Origin: Patescibacteria group bacterium
GTDB taxonomy: Bacteria > Patescibacteriota > Saccharimonadia > Saccharimonadales > Saccharimonadaceae
DNA: 64,000 bases
NCBI GenBank assembly: GCA_040386175.1
Contig: JAZKFY010000001.1
Span: 55,135-119,134 of the forward strand
Direction: 5' to 3'
In this document: positions 18,475 to 32,194 of the stretch, piece by piece
How the letters are laid out: every line of letters begins with the position of its first letter
How positions within the stretch are numbered: position 1 is the first letter of the stretch
Translations under genes and position numbers: made by a program
Notes under the pieces: generated by a model
Told to the model about the DNA's origin: nothing
Seen by the model: the letters and a program-made list of their open reading frames with translations, nothing else
Database searches by the model: none

Positions 18475-19875
18475 CTATAGTTCAATTTTACGAATATATG
18501 AGCTTCCTGCGTCGGAAGTATAAAGATTACCAGATCTATCGATAGTTATGCTATTCGGATAATTGAATTGTGTTGCTGTACCGACACCATTTGCAAAACC
18601 AGCTGTGCCATTGCCTGCTAGCGTAGTGACCACTCCTGCTGGAGTAACTTTTCTCACTCGATGGCTATTATCTTGTTCTGTCACATACATATTTCCCGCC
18701 CAGTCGATCCCTAAGCTTGTTGGAGTGTTAAATTTTGCTGAAGATCCCGTACCATCTTGATATCCGGCCGTACTTCCCACGAATGGAGTCACTACGGCGC
18801 CTGGAATAGATATTTGTCGAATAGTGTTATTCGCATCAGTAACATAAAGTGTATTCGTCTCTTGGTTAATAGCTAGCCCAGAAGGATACGAGAATTGTGC
18901 AGCAGCCCCAGTACCGTTGGCACTCCCGTTCACCCCAGACCCTGCAAATGTCGATACAACTCCTGCAGATGTGATTTTACGAATTTTATGACTTCCACTG
19001 TCTGCAACATATACATTTCCGTTACTATCAACCGCAATTTCTCTTGGGTTACGGAATTGCGATACAGCCGAACTACCTTCAGCACCCCCGTATCCTCCGC
19101 CGCCGCCAATTCGCGTTACAACACCGTCTGGAGTAATTTTCATTACACACCAGCTGTTTGCTGATACATATAAGTTATTTGAGTTATCAATTGCGATAGA
19201 ATCTGGTGCCGCAATACCAGCCGCAGTTCCTGTTCCTGGGGTACATACCCCAAAAGCTCCTGAGCCGGCAAAAGTCTCAACCGTACCGCCTGTAGTTATT
19301 TTACGAATTCGGTTATTTCCACGGTCAGATATAAACATTGCACCAGAACTGTCTATAACTACTCCTGTAGCGCCCTCAAACCTTGCCGTTGCCAGTGGTC
19401 CTTCTACGTATCCAAGCGTTCCAGAACCAGCATACGAGGTGACGGCCGCTGTACATGAACCAGCAAGAATAGCGTTATCTTTACTCTTAAGTGAGTAGGC
19501 GTATTGTCCGCCGCTTGTAGATACAGTCACGCAATACCCATACGGGGTCGTAGTATATGTATAAGTATTTCCAGGGCTTACCTTTAGCCCTAAGCCGCTA
19601 TTTGCCTGTGCTCCTGAAAGAGGATAATTTACATTGTCACTTCTATCAAGTTCTAGTTCAGATGTTATCTTACGTAAATCAGATTTAACAGAAACCTCAA
19701 TTGCACGCCCCTTAATTCCATTGTAAGAAAGCATTGTGATAGTAGCTAATATTGCAATAACAACCACGGTTATAAGTAGCTCTATGATCGTAAAACCAGT
19801 GGAATATCGATGCCTACTTACGTGAGTGTTATTTGGTATTTGTGGCGTAAAAAAATTCAATATTTTTTTCATCAT
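18475..19875 (-). CDS. Type IV pilin fused to an NHL-repeat beta-propeller
   Basis: GFTIIELLI motif; repeated F..P.GIAVD..GN.YVAD NHL units. Confidence 0.88.
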   Translation of the reverse strand: MMKKILNFFTPQIPNNTHVSRHRYSTGFTIIELLITVVVIAILATITMLSYNGIKGRAIEVSVKSDLRKITSELELDRSDNVNYPLSGAQANSGLGLKVSPGNTYTYTTTPYGYCVTVSTSGGQYAYSLKSKDNAILAGSCTAAVTSYAGSGTLGYVEGPLATARFEGATGVVIDSSGAMFISDRGNNRIRKITTGGTVETFAGSGAFGVCTPGTGTAAGIAAPDSIAIDNSNNLYVSANSWCVMKITPDGVVTRIGGGGGYGGAEGSSAVSQFRNPREIAVDSNGNVYVADSGSHKIRKITSAGVVSTFAGSGVNGSANGTGAAAQFSYPSGLAINQETNTLYVTDANNTIRQISIPGAVVTPFVGSTAGYQDGTGSSAKFNTPTSLGIDWAGNMYVTEQDNSHRVRKVTPAGVVTTLAGNGTAGFANGVGTATQFNYPNSITIDRSGNLYTSDAGSSYIRKIEL

Positions 19876-19929
19876 TAGTATTAGTATACAGCATAAGCAG
19901 TTCGGTGATTATGCTTAAATTCGAACTAC

Positions 19930-20045
19930 AAAAAACCGCCTCTATTTCTAGAGACGGATCTTTTGCTGCTGCGCGCCCACCCGGGGCCGCTTTTTGCAAT
20001 CTGTTTATTTTGAGCTCATGGAGTCAACCCCATGCGCATCAGCAT
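19930..20045 (-). ncRNA. Candidate structured small RNA with own terminator
   Basis: CATAAT -10, closing stem gctgatgcgc/gcgcagcagc, inner hairpin catgggg/ctccatg, terminator ccgtctcta/tagaggcgg+T6. Confidence 0.45.
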
Positions 20046-20273
20046 ATCGCTATTATGCTACTGCTTAATAAAAAACACAAGCCCAATAATAAGGTGTTGC
20101 TATGGCTATTTTGTTTAAAATATGCTTAACTAAGCATGTTCAGAAGCACGCCGTATCTAAAAGCTAAAGGCGAGCGCTTATCTTACTTGTAAGATACTCA
20201 CTCTTCTTCGCTACAAAGTACCAAGCAAGGTCGATCTGAAGAAGTACTAAGAAGAAAAGAGTATCTAAAGACT

Positions 20274-20618
20274 ATGTCTCAAAATCTATTCATTGGTAGC
20301 CTAGCTTACGCTACTACCGACGACAGCCTCAAGGCTTTCTTTGAAACTATTGGTGAAGTGACCAGTGCCCGTGTGGTAACTGATCGTGACTCTGGTCGTT
20401 CAAAGGGCTTTGGTTTTGTTGAATTTGCTGATGAAGCAAACAACCAAAAAGCTGTTGACGAATTGAACGGTAAGGAACTTGATGGCCGCGCTATCAACGT
20501 TAACCTTGCTCGTCCAAAAGAAGACCGTCCACGTACTAACTACGGCAGCAATGACCGTGGTGGTAACGGTGGCGGAAATAGCAACGGTGGCGGTTCATTC
20601 CGTCAACGTAGCTGGTAA
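20274..20618 (+). CDS. RRM RNA-binding protein
   Basis: LFIGSL (RNP2), KGFGFVEF (RNP1), Gly-rich tail. Confidence 0.95.
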   Translation: MSQNLFIGSLAYATTDDSLKAFFETIGEVTSARVVTDRDSGRSKGFGFVEFADEANNQKAVDELNGKELDGRAINVNLARPKEDRPRTNYGSNDRGGNGGGNSNGGGSFRQRSW

Positions 20619-20675
20619 TTTAAACTACCAAATAAAAATAACCCCTTCAACGGGGTTATTTTTATTTGCTCATTT

Positions 20676-21230
20676 TTAGCTACAAATAAACTCTGTACCA
20701 TTTACTACTATGCTACCGCCTGCGCCTACTTCAGCACACTGTGCACCTAGCTGGCCAGCAACGCTGATAAGAATAATCGCAACAATTACGCCAATCACAA
20801 GGCCGATTGCTCCAATAATAATACCAGCCAAAGCTAAGCCATTCTTTTGACCGGCTTTTTTTGATTTATTTAAGGCAACAATACCAAGAATCAAACCAAC
20901 CAGGTGTACGCCAATGATTGAAAGGATAAGACTGGCAATACCAAGCCCGTGACCTGGATTAACAGGAGTTGGTGTAATCGCCGACGCAGCTGGGTCAACA
21001 ACTGGAACTATCTGTGGAGTTGGTTCTTCAACAGTAGCTGACTCAGCAACAGGCTCTGCTGTTGGTTCAGCGACAGGTTCTGATACAGACACAGCTTCAG
21101 TTACAGGCACTTCAGGCGTAGGTTCAGTTTCTGGTGTTGTTACCGGGATATCTGTCGTAACAGGTGCCTCTGTTGGTGTTGTTGGCGATTCCGGTGTCGG
21201 ATCAGCCGAATTAGATGGGTTTGGTTCCAT
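20676..21230 (-). CDS. DUF4190-like membrane protein with Pro/Thr/Glu-rich N-terminus
   Basis: GIASLILSII...LGIVAL...GLALAGIIIG pattern. Confidence 0.75.
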   Translation of the reverse strand: MEPNPSNSADPTPESPTTPTEAPVTTDIPVTTPETEPTPEVPVTEAVSVSEPVAEPTAEPVAESATVEEPTPQIVPVVDPAASAITPTPVNPGHGLGIASLILSIIGVHLVGLILGIVALNKSKKAGQKNGLALAGIIIGAIGLVIGVIVAIILISVAGQLGAQCAEVGAGGSIVVNGTEFICS

Positions 21231-21294
21231 TATTAATACTCCTTATGCTATTACGCCCATTGTAGCGCAGTATCGCTTGCCTTCCAACTATTGT

Positions 21295-21654
21295 TTAGCG
21301 TAAAAACGGTGACACAAGCCACTCTTGGTCAAACGACAGTATTGAGTTCAGTATGCCAAAGCCATTCACAAGCCAAATGGTTAATAATACGACCATACCG
21401 GTAAGCGCGAGTACGATTACTCGAATAAAGATGTTCTGCCGTTTAATCCAGTTGACCCACGAGTCGTATTTGCCTTTTGCATATTCAAGAACTTTTGATG
21501 CAAATTCAAATTCAGTTGCTAAAATCGCTAAGCCTCCGAAAACAATCAGCCAGCCAGGGCCTGGATACGGAACGAGCACCAGCCCTACAAGCACGACAAG
21601 GCCACCAACGATGGCGATCAAAACCTTTTTTGTGTGTCGCCTCATTTTATTCAT
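21295..21654 (-). CDS. PGPGW-family (TIGR02611-like) membrane protein
   Basis: PYPGPGWL...LATEF motif. Confidence 0.85.
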   Translation of the reverse strand: MNKMRRHTKKVLIAIVGGLVVLVGLVLVPYPGPGWLIVFGGLAILATEFEFASKVLEYAKGKYDSWVNWIKRQNIFIRVIVLALTGMVVLLTIWLVNGFGILNSILSFDQEWLVSPFLR

Positions 21655-21660
21655 GCAAAG

Positions 21661-22055
21661 TTACTTGTCGCTCACTTCTTTAAATACGTCTGGTTGTTTT
21701 CGATAGTATTCATTCCATTCATCGTCGTCAGTAAGTTGTAGTGTTTCAACAAAAAGCCCTTCTGAAAAGCCACCTTTTTTCTCGAACTTTGCCGCTTTAA
21801 CTTTTCTAATTTCTTCTGGGTTAATGTCGTAAATTCGTAAGAATTCTTCAACTACCTGATATACATCTGCGAGTTCAGTAATAACCGACTCTCTATCGCT
21901 CAATTCAATTTCTTTAATCTCTTCGATGAGTTTTTGTTTTAAGGCTCCAGCAAGCTCATCGTTTGATAACTTTCGATACGTTGCTTTTTGATGTAACTTC
22001 TCGTATTCAAACCGAAGTTTGTCACGAATCAGTTTATTAAATACAAATGTCGCCA

Positions 22056-22056
<1 letters not shown>
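21661..22056 (-). CDS. MazG/HisE-like nucleotide pyrophosphohydrolase
   Basis: NKLIRD, KLIEE..E, ELADV, KGGF motifs. Confidence 0.8.
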
Positions 22057-25078
<3,022 letters not shown>

Positions 25079-25095
<17 letters not shown>

Positions 25096-25951
25096 TGTCA
25101 CGTACCCTTTGAATACGTTCTTCTAAAGGTGGGTGTGAGCTAAATAACTTTGAGAAGAAGCCAGGCTTTAATGGATTACTAATAAATAATTGTGCGGTTG
25201 CCGAGTGCTGCTTTTGCATCGGCTTACCGTACTGCAATAATTTCTCAAGCGCGCTAGCCATACCGTCAGAGTCGCGAGTTGTTAAGGCTCCGGTTGCATC
25301 GGCAAGGTATTCTCGTTGACGACTAATAGCCATTTGCACAATAGCGGCCACGATTGGCGCCAATATAAGCACAGCAATTCCAGCAACTAATACGAATGGG
25401 TTATTACTTCGGTTGTCCCCTCCAAAGAAAAGCATACGAATAACGATGTCTGAAAGGATCCCGATGATACTTACGAGCCCGAAAGCAATCATACTCACAC
25501 GAATATCGTAATTTTTGACGTGCCCCATTTCATGCGCCATTACGGCCGTGAGTTCGCGGTCGTCCATAATATCAATGAGCCCTGTGGTTGCGGCGACAAT
25601 GGCATTTTTAGGGTTGCGGCCAGTAGCGAAAGCATTCGGCGCAGAATCTTCAATAATATATACCTTCGGCATAGGCATACCCAATGTAATAGAAAGGTTT
25701 TCTACTACCCGGTACAAACGAGGGTTATCTCGCTTCTCAATTTGTTGCGCCCCAGTCATAGAAATGGCTAAAGAACTCGCAGCAAAGTATTGAATGATTG
25801 CATACAAAGCAGCACCGCCAATTACCCAATAGGTAATTGAGGTGTTACCGTAAAACCAACTTAAGATGTAGCCGATTGCCGAAATAATACCGACAAAAAC
25901 AGCCATAATCAGAAGAGTGTTTCGCTTGTTGGCGGATATAGCTTTGTACAT
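25079..25951 (-). CDS. htpX: Zinc metalloprotease HtpX (M48)
   Basis: PNAFATG, HEMGH, SRQREYLAD, SHPP motifs. Confidence 0.93.
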
Positions 25952-25970
25952 GAGTGGACCTTTTAGTTAA

Positions 25971-26534
25971 TTAAAACTTAACTTCAACTGGCTTGTTAGC
26001 AGCAGCACGTTCTGTTTCATCAACATCGAAGAATTCGCGGTTTTTGAAGCTAAACATACTGGCAACAACGTTTGCTGGGAATGTTTGGATTTTTGTATTC
26101 AAACCAGTAACGCCTGAGTTGTAGAAACGACGTGAAGCTTGAATTTTATCTTCAGTGTCTACAAGTTCGCGTTGTAGTTCTAGGAAGTTTTGGTTTGCCT
26201 TAAGGTCTGGGTAAGCTTCAGCAACGGCAAAGAGGCTTTTCAAAGCACCTTCGAATTGATTTTCAGCGGCAGCTGTTTCTTTAACACCTTTGGCGTTAAT
26301 AACATTCGCTCGAGCTTCAGTCACTGCTTGGAAAACACCACTTTCGTGTGCTGCATAACCCTTAACGGTTTCAATTAAGTTAGGGATAAGGTCAAGACGA
26401 CGCTTCAATTGAACATTAATATCGCTCCATGCTTCATCAACACGTACGCGTAGGGTAATAAGACTGTTGTAAGTAGCCCATACAAAGATACCGATTAAGA
26501 CAACAACACCGAGAATGATCCAAACTGCTAACAT
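25971..26534 (-). CDS. lemA: LemA family protein
   Basis: QLKRRLDLIPNL, AEAYPDLKA, RRFYN. Confidence 0.95.
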   Translation of the reverse strand: MLAVWIILGVVVLIGIFVWATYNSLITLRVRVDEAWSDINVQLKRRLDLIPNLIETVKGYAAHESGVFQAVTEARANVINAKGVKETAAAENQFEGALKSLFAVAEAYPDLKANQNFLELQRELVDTEDKIQASRRFYNSGVTGLNTKIQTFPANVVASMFSFKNREFFDVDETERAAANKPVEVKF

Positions 26535-26602
26535 TTATAACTCCTTATTTCTTGTGTTACTAGTATAACAAAACCTCGGCGGTTTGCCGAGGTAATAATA
26601 TT

Positions 26603-26689
26603 TGGTGCGAAGAGCGGGACTTGAACCCGCACGACCGTGAAGTCAAGAGATTTTAAGTCTCTCGTGTCTACCAATTCCACCATCCTCGC
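26603..26689 (-). tRNA. tRNA-Leu (TAA)
   Basis: Cloverleaf with long variable arm, loop CTTAAAA, CCA. Confidence 0.95.
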
Positions 26690-26787
26690 ATATATTTTGT
26701 TTCACGAGATCGTGTCTACCCATAATTTGGGCCGCCATTATCGCATATAACAAAATTTATTATAGCAAAGACTGCTAAAATAAAGCT

Positions 26788-27378
26788 ATGAAACAAGTTT
26801 GTGTAATTCACGGTGGCAATGCATTTGAATCAAAGAGTGATTTTATAGCTAACCTAAAAGCTACTGAACTTGATTACGATCGTCTTTTATACCACCCGCG
26901 CTGGAATAATTGGCTTGGCGAGACACTTACTGATTTTGAGGTGCTTTTACCTACAATGCCAAATGCTTCAAGCGCGGAATACGATGAGTGGTCCCTTTAT
27001 TTCTCAAAAATTCTTCCTTTTTTAAAGCCAAACGCAGTTCTTGTTGGTCATTCACTGGGTGGCATCTTCCTTGCAAAATACTTAAATGAACATTCAAATT
27101 CGCTTCATTTCAAAAAAGTTATCTTAATTGCCCCTCCTTTTAGAGATGAAACTGACGAAAGCCTGGCGTCATTTCGGCTCCCCCAAAATATGAGCGATCT
27201 TTCTTCAGCTGCTGACGAATTTATTTTATTCCATAGTCGCGATGATTTCGTAGTTCCATTTGAAGAAACAAATAAGTACCTTGCTATCCTGCCGCACGCA
27301 CGAGCAACCTTCTTTGAAGACCGTGGCCACATAAATACACCTACTTTCCCAGAACTTCTCGACGAGATAAAAAAATAA
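26788..27378 (+). CDS. Alpha/beta hydrolase (RBBP9/YdeN family)
   Basis: IHG, GHSLG, HSRDD..VP, GH motifs. Confidence 0.88.
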   Translation: MKQVCVIHGGNAFESKSDFIANLKATELDYDRLLYHPRWNNWLGETLTDFEVLLPTMPNASSAEYDEWSLYFSKILPFLKPNAVLVGHSLGGIFLAKYLNEHSNSLHFKKVILIAPPFRDETDESLASFRLPQNMSDLSSAADEFILFHSRDDFVVPFEETNKYLAILPHARATFFEDRGHINTPTFPELLDEIKK

Positions 27379-27395
27379 CCCCTAGTGGGGATATT

Positions 27396-27469
27396 TGGAG
27401 GCACCTACGGGTAACGCTCCCGTCTACACGGTTTTGCAGACCGTTGCCTAACTTCTCGGCCAAGGCGCC
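27396..27469 (-). tRNA. tRNA-Cys (GCA) with non-canonical T-loop
   Basis: Anticodon arm ACGGT-CTGCAAA-ACCGT, acceptor stem, CCA; T-loop AGCGTTA. Confidence 0.88.
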
Positions 27470-27550
27470 ATCTTGCACATTATACCAGAGTCCTTCATAT
27501 ATCGGCGACCCCATCATGATATACTTATTTCAAACATAAGAGGAACAACT

Positions 27551-28375
27551 ATGTCAGCCGAACATGATCATACTACTCCCGTTACAGAAGCTAAAAAACC
27601 AGTAGTGCCCGAGTCAGGACGAATTGGTAAATTAAAACTTGCTTTCTTATATGTATTAATTGGTGGGCTAGGAGCTTCGGCACTCGTTTCAATCATTGCC
27701 TTGCTTATCGGTTCATTTAATAGCGAAATACAAAAATCACTTCTTACTATTTTCGTATTCTTTAGCCATAGTTTATTCATACTTGCGTTACTTTGGGCAG
27801 ATAAATACAATCAAGTTGGCCGCGAGGTGCTTCCAACCTCCCTATTCGTACTAGCCCTCGCAAGTATGATATCTACAACACTTGGAATCTGGGAGGTTAT
27901 TAGCGCTGAAACAGCTTGGCGTGCGCTTGGCCTTTACCTATTAGTGATTGGTGCCGTGTTTATCATTTCAGGTCTGTTAAAGTTACGTATCAAACACGAT
28001 ATAACAAAAATAATTCTGTACACCACTATTGGATCAATTGCCGCAATTGTTATTGCCCTTGTTCCTTGGGTACTAAATTTAGTAAATGACTTTGACCCAC
28101 TATACTTCCGAATTATCGCTGCATTATCTATCTTTGCCAGCACCGCTTTCCTTATTGGAATTATTTTGCGAGCAATTGCACTTTCTCGCCACCCTGAGCT
28201 TCAAACTACCAAACCAATAGCACATCCAATGAGCGGTGGACTTCTAGCGATCTACATTACCATTGGAACAATCACTGCCATGGTGTGGTGTGCAGGTTTC
28301 ACTGGTTTCCTTGTTTCTGCAGTACAATCCGGTCAACCTAGCTACGACAGCTCGAACTACAACAAATATTACTAA
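27551..28375 (+). CDS. Multi-pass membrane protein
   Basis: GAGGA SD before MSAEH; ~7 TM. Confidence 0.75.
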   Translation: MSAEHDHTTPVTEAKKPVVPESGRIGKLKLAFLYVLIGGLGASALVSIIALLIGSFNSEIQKSLLTIFVFFSHSLFILALLWADKYNQVGREVLPTSLFVLALASMISTTLGIWEVISAETAWRALGLYLLVIGAVFIISGLLKLRIKHDITKIILYTTIGSIAAIVIALVPWVLNLVNDFDPLYFRIIAALSIFASTAFLIGIILRAIALSRHPELQTTKPIAHPMSGGLLAIYITIGTITAMVWCAGFTGFLVSAVQSGQPSYDSSNYNKYY

Positions 28376-28406
28376 TATTTAGTAACCGAGGTACAATAGA
28401 GCAACA

Positions 28407-29705
28407 ATGCGGAATTTTATACCTGTATTAATTAACACCGCGGTAGCAAATATTACTACCAGCTTTTTATGGTTCGCGTTAACCTTTTGGGTGTATCTTG
28501 AAACAAAGTCTGTACTTGCAACTGGTTTAATCGGTGGAACCTATATGCTGTTGGTTGCTATCTCAAGTTTATTCTTTGGAACACTCGTCGATCAGCACCG
28601 TAAGAAAACAATCATGGCCGCTTCGGGGCTCTTTACACTCGCCTCCTTCCTTATTGCTGGGCTGTTATTTGTTATCATTCCTCACGACCTTTTGCTTGAT
28701 TGGCAAGGTCCATACCTATGGATCTTTGCATCTATTATCCTTATCGGTTCTGTTGTAGAGAACATGCGAAATATTGCCCTTTCTACTACTGTTACTTTAC
28801 TTGTTCCCAAAGAGAAACATGCCAATGCAAACGGTTTAGTAGGAAGTGTTCAAGGCCTAGGGTTCCTCGTAACATCAGTATTCAGTGGTCTTGCAATTGG
28901 TTTCCTTGGTATGGGTTGGACACTTGCGATTGCTATTGCCTTTACTATCCTTGCAACATTCCATTTAGTTTTCTTTGTAAAAATTCCTGAAGATAAAATC
29001 GCCCACGACCCAGAGCTTGATAATAAAAAGATCGATATCAAGGGAAGTATCGCTGCGATCAAAGTGGTTCCTGGCTTGTTCGCTTTAATTATCTTCTCCA
29101 CTTTCAATAACTTTATTGGCGGTATATTCATGGCCCTTATGGACCCGTACGGCCTTACTATCTTCTCGGTGCAAATATGGGGAATTGTCCTAGGTGCAAC
29201 AAGTACCGGTTTTATTATTGGTGGCCTCCTAATAGCAAAGAAAGGCTTGGGTAAAAAGCCACTCAAAACCCTCCTTCTCGCAAATATCGTAATGGCTATT
29301 ATTGGTATGGTGTTTGCGATTCGAGAATTCTGGCTTCTTTACGCGCTCGGTATCTTCTTATACATGTGTCTTATTCCAATTATTGAAGCGACTGAACAAA
29401 CCATCATCCAACGCGTCGTACCGTTTAAACGGCAAGGGCGTGTGTTCGGCTTTGCTCAAAGCATTGAAGCGGCAGCAGCACCTATTACAGCACTCCTTAT
29501 AGGGCCTATTGCTCAGTTCTGGGTAATTCCATACATGAATAGTCCTGAAGGCCAGGCACAGCTCGGTTGGCTGTTCGGTTCAGGCGAAGCTCGTGGCATC
29601 GCATTGCTCTTCTTTGTCGGTGGTTTAATTATGCTTATTGCCGCCATTCTTGCCTTTAAAACCAGGTCTTACAAAGTTTTGTCTAAGTTTTACAGCAAAA
29701 ATTAA
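28407..29705 (+). CDS. MFS transporter (DHA3-like)
   Basis: 12 TM, GTLVDQHRKK motif A, QGRVFG. Confidence 0.9.
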   Translation: MRNFIPVLINTAVANITTSFLWFALTFWVYLETKSVLATGLIGGTYMLLVAISSLFFGTLVDQHRKKTIMAASGLFTLASFLIAGLLFVIIPHDLLLDWQGPYLWIFASIILIGSVVENMRNIALSTTVTLLVPKEKHANANGLVGSVQGLGFLVTSVFSGLAIGFLGMGWTLAIAIAFTILATFHLVFFVKIPEDKIAHDPELDNKKIDIKGSIAAIKVVPGLFALIIFSTFNNFIGGIFMALMDPYGLTIFSVQIWGIVLGATSTGFIIGGLLIAKKGLGKKPLKTLLLANIVMAIIGMVFAIREFWLLYALGIFLYMCLIPIIEATEQTIIQRVVPFKRQGRVFGFAQSIEAAAAPITALLIGPIAQFWVIPYMNSPEGQAQLGWLFGSGEARGIALLFFVGGLIMLIAAILAFKTRSYKVLSKFYSKN

Positions 29706-29754
29706 TAATTAAGTACTATACTACCTATAAATTACTATCAATGAAGGGTCAAAA

Positions 29755-30873
29755 ATGAAAAGAAAATACGTCATTAGTATTCTTGTTGCAACAACAGCAT
29801 TAGTACTACTTATTATCGCGGGAATTGTCGCAGGAATGTACATTCAGCAGAATAGAACAAATTCACCTACTACTTCACTTAATAGCGGAGTTGATGGAAA
29901 TTCATCAGTAACTAATGAAGAAAGCACTATTGCCTCGATTGCCGAAAAGGTAGGGCCAAGCGTCGTTTCTATTGTTACAACAAGCCAAGCGCAATCATAT
30001 TACGGCACAACTTCTCAGGCAGGAGCCGGTACCGGAATTATTGTTAGTAAAGATGGCTACGTCATGACAAATAACCACGTCATCGAAACCGCTCAAGATG
30101 TTTCAATCATCGATAGCGAGGGTCAACAATATGATAACGTTACAATTATCGGCCGTGACCCCCTCAATGATGTTGCGTTCTTAAAGATTGAATCAAACGA
30201 TACCTTTACACCAGCGACATTAGGTAATAGCTCAACCGTTCGCATTGGCCAGCAAGTCGTTGCTATTGGTAACGCCCTTGGTCAATACAGCAACACCGTA
30301 ACGAGCGGAATCATTTCAGGTGTTGGCCGTCCAATCACCGCTGCAACTGCAAATGGTCAAACAGAATCACTCACTGACCTTCTTCAAACTGATGCATCAA
30401 TTAACCCAGGAAACTCTGGCGGGCCATTACTAAATATGTCTGGGCAAGTCATTGGTATTAATACTGCGATCGCCGAAGACGCCAATGGAATCGGTTTCTC
30501 AATTCCAATTAATTCAACAAAGGGTGTTTTGGCCGGAGTACTTGAAACAGGCAAAGTAAGCCGTGCATATATGGGTGTAAACTACCTTAGTATTACCCCT
30601 GAAGTTGCCAAAGAGTATAACCTTTCTGTACAAGATGGTGCGTATGTATATTCCGCAAGTGGCTCAGCCGTAGCACCTGGAAGCCCTGCTGAAAAAGCCG
30701 GCATAAAGAACGGCGACATTATCACAAAGGTGAATGATGAAGCAATTGGAGACCAAGGTGGACTATCAAGCATCATTGGTCAATACAAGCCGGGTGATAC
30801 CGTTACAATTACCTACATACGCGATGGCAAAGAACAAACTACTCAACTTACATTTGGCACATATTCTTCGTAG
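29755..30873 (+). CDS. htrA: HtrA/DegP-family serine protease with PDZ domain
   Basis: TNNHV, DVA, GNSGGPL triad motifs. Confidence 0.92.
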   Translation: MKRKYVISILVATTALVLLIIAGIVAGMYIQQNRTNSPTTSLNSGVDGNSSVTNEESTIASIAEKVGPSVVSIVTTSQAQSYYGTTSQAGAGTGIIVSKDGYVMTNNHVIETAQDVSIIDSEGQQYDNVTIIGRDPLNDVAFLKIESNDTFTPATLGNSSTVRIGQQVVAIGNALGQYSNTVTSGIISGVGRPITAATANGQTESLTDLLQTDASINPGNSGGPLLNMSGQVIGINTAIAEDANGIGFSIPINSTKGVLAGVLETGKVSRAYMGVNYLSITPEVAKEYNLSVQDGAYVYSASGSAVAPGSPAEKAGIKNGDIITKVNDEAIGDQGGLSSIIGQYKPGDTVTITYIRDGKEQTTQLTFGTYSS

Positions 30874-30915
30874 ATGCACTGAATTAATAAAGTTCGGGGA
30901 GTATAATTATGACAG

Positions 30916-32181
30916 ATGCTCCAGCCCAATCCAGATACACTAGCTCGGCCGAATCTTCCGCCTCTCGAATTACCACCCGACTATTCTCAGCCGAGACTAT
31001 TTGATCAGCAATTTAAATACACTCACACAGCTAAAAATGAGCCATCGCCAGAACTTGTAGAAAAGATTGGATTTAAAAATAGGATCTTGCGCAAAGTTGG
31101 TGCGGCCGCACTTGCTATCACAACTGCACTCTCGATGTATATCGGCGATACAAATATCAATATTCAGAAAGAGAAAAATGCTGAAATATCTATAGAGTTT
31201 ATTGCCCCTCCTATTGGTGAACTAAATAAGGATATGGCCATCCTCTTCTTCGACGGCTTTAACTCAAGTAATGCCAGCTACCTGAGTAAAGTGCTTGGAC
31301 CTGGCCTCCAAGAACAAGTCGGTGGACAGATTTGGGCTACTAATTTTAATAACGACATTGCAGACCGAAACGAAGTACTTGAAACCGTCATTGAATTAGC
31401 TAAACAGCGAGATGTTACTCATATAATTATTGTCGGCTACAGTAAAGGTGGTATAAATGCCACCGAGCTTGCCGTCGACATAACAAACGAAACCTGGATT
31501 GATGTTGATGCAACTGTTCAAATGCATACTCCAAGCAATTACGATGGTCTTCAGCCTTACCAGCAAAAAGAACTAGAAGCTGGAATGTGGATATCGAAGA
31601 TTTGGCGCATGCGCTACTTTACCGGCGCACGTTTTGCCGGAGAAGTATATTTTTACCATGACAAGTACACAAAGGAAATTGTTATGAGTGATAATCCTTT
31701 TGAAACAGCGGGGAATATATTCACCACAACTGCTGAAAATATTGGAAATTTCTTCGATGTAATTACGCAAGTATCAAAACGATTCCAAAATCCTAATCTT
31801 ACCTCAATGTCATTCCTTATTGAGCAAGTTGATGAAATCGACAAAGCAAACTTCCCTGCTGAATTTGAAAAGATAAAAAATCGTGATCCAACCAAGCAAG
31901 AGTTTGTGGATGTTTACCTCGGTACTAAACCGCCTGCAAACGATATAGTTGTTGATAATGTTATATCTGGGGATGCTATTGGTGAAGCAGCAGAAGAAAA
32001 CGACATTACATTTATTAGTGAAGATGTTGAAGATGCTAAGCACAGCTTTTATTTCAACTACATAGATCAGTACAATAAGGCATACGCGAATATCGCCCAA
32101 GAATTACTCCGTGGTATTGCCGAAAATAAGGCAAACGCTCAACGCGAAAGGGATGAGTTAGCGCTGCGAGAAAACCATTAA
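30916..32181 (+). CDS. Membrane-anchored alpha/beta-hydrolase-like protein
   Basis: GYSKG nucleophile elbow, TM near N-terminus. Confidence 0.6.
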   Translation: MLQPNPDTLARPNLPPLELPPDYSQPRLFDQQFKYTHTAKNEPSPELVEKIGFKNRILRKVGAAALAITTALSMYIGDTNINIQKEKNAEISIEFIAPPIGELNKDMAILFFDGFNSSNASYLSKVLGPGLQEQVGGQIWATNFNNDIADRNEVLETVIELAKQRDVTHIIIVGYSKGGINATELAVDITNETWIDVDATVQMHTPSNYDGLQPYQQKELEAGMWISKIWRMRYFTGARFAGEVYFYHDKYTKEIVMSDNPFETAGNIFTTTAENIGNFFDVITQVSKRFQNPNLTSMSFLIEQVDEIDKANFPAEFEKIKNRDPTKQEFVDVYLGTKPPANDIVVDNVISGDAIGEAAEENDITFISEDVEDAKHSFYFNYIDQYNKAYANIAQELLRGIAENKANAQRERDELALRENH

Positions 32182-32194
32182 GGCCTGGCGTCTA

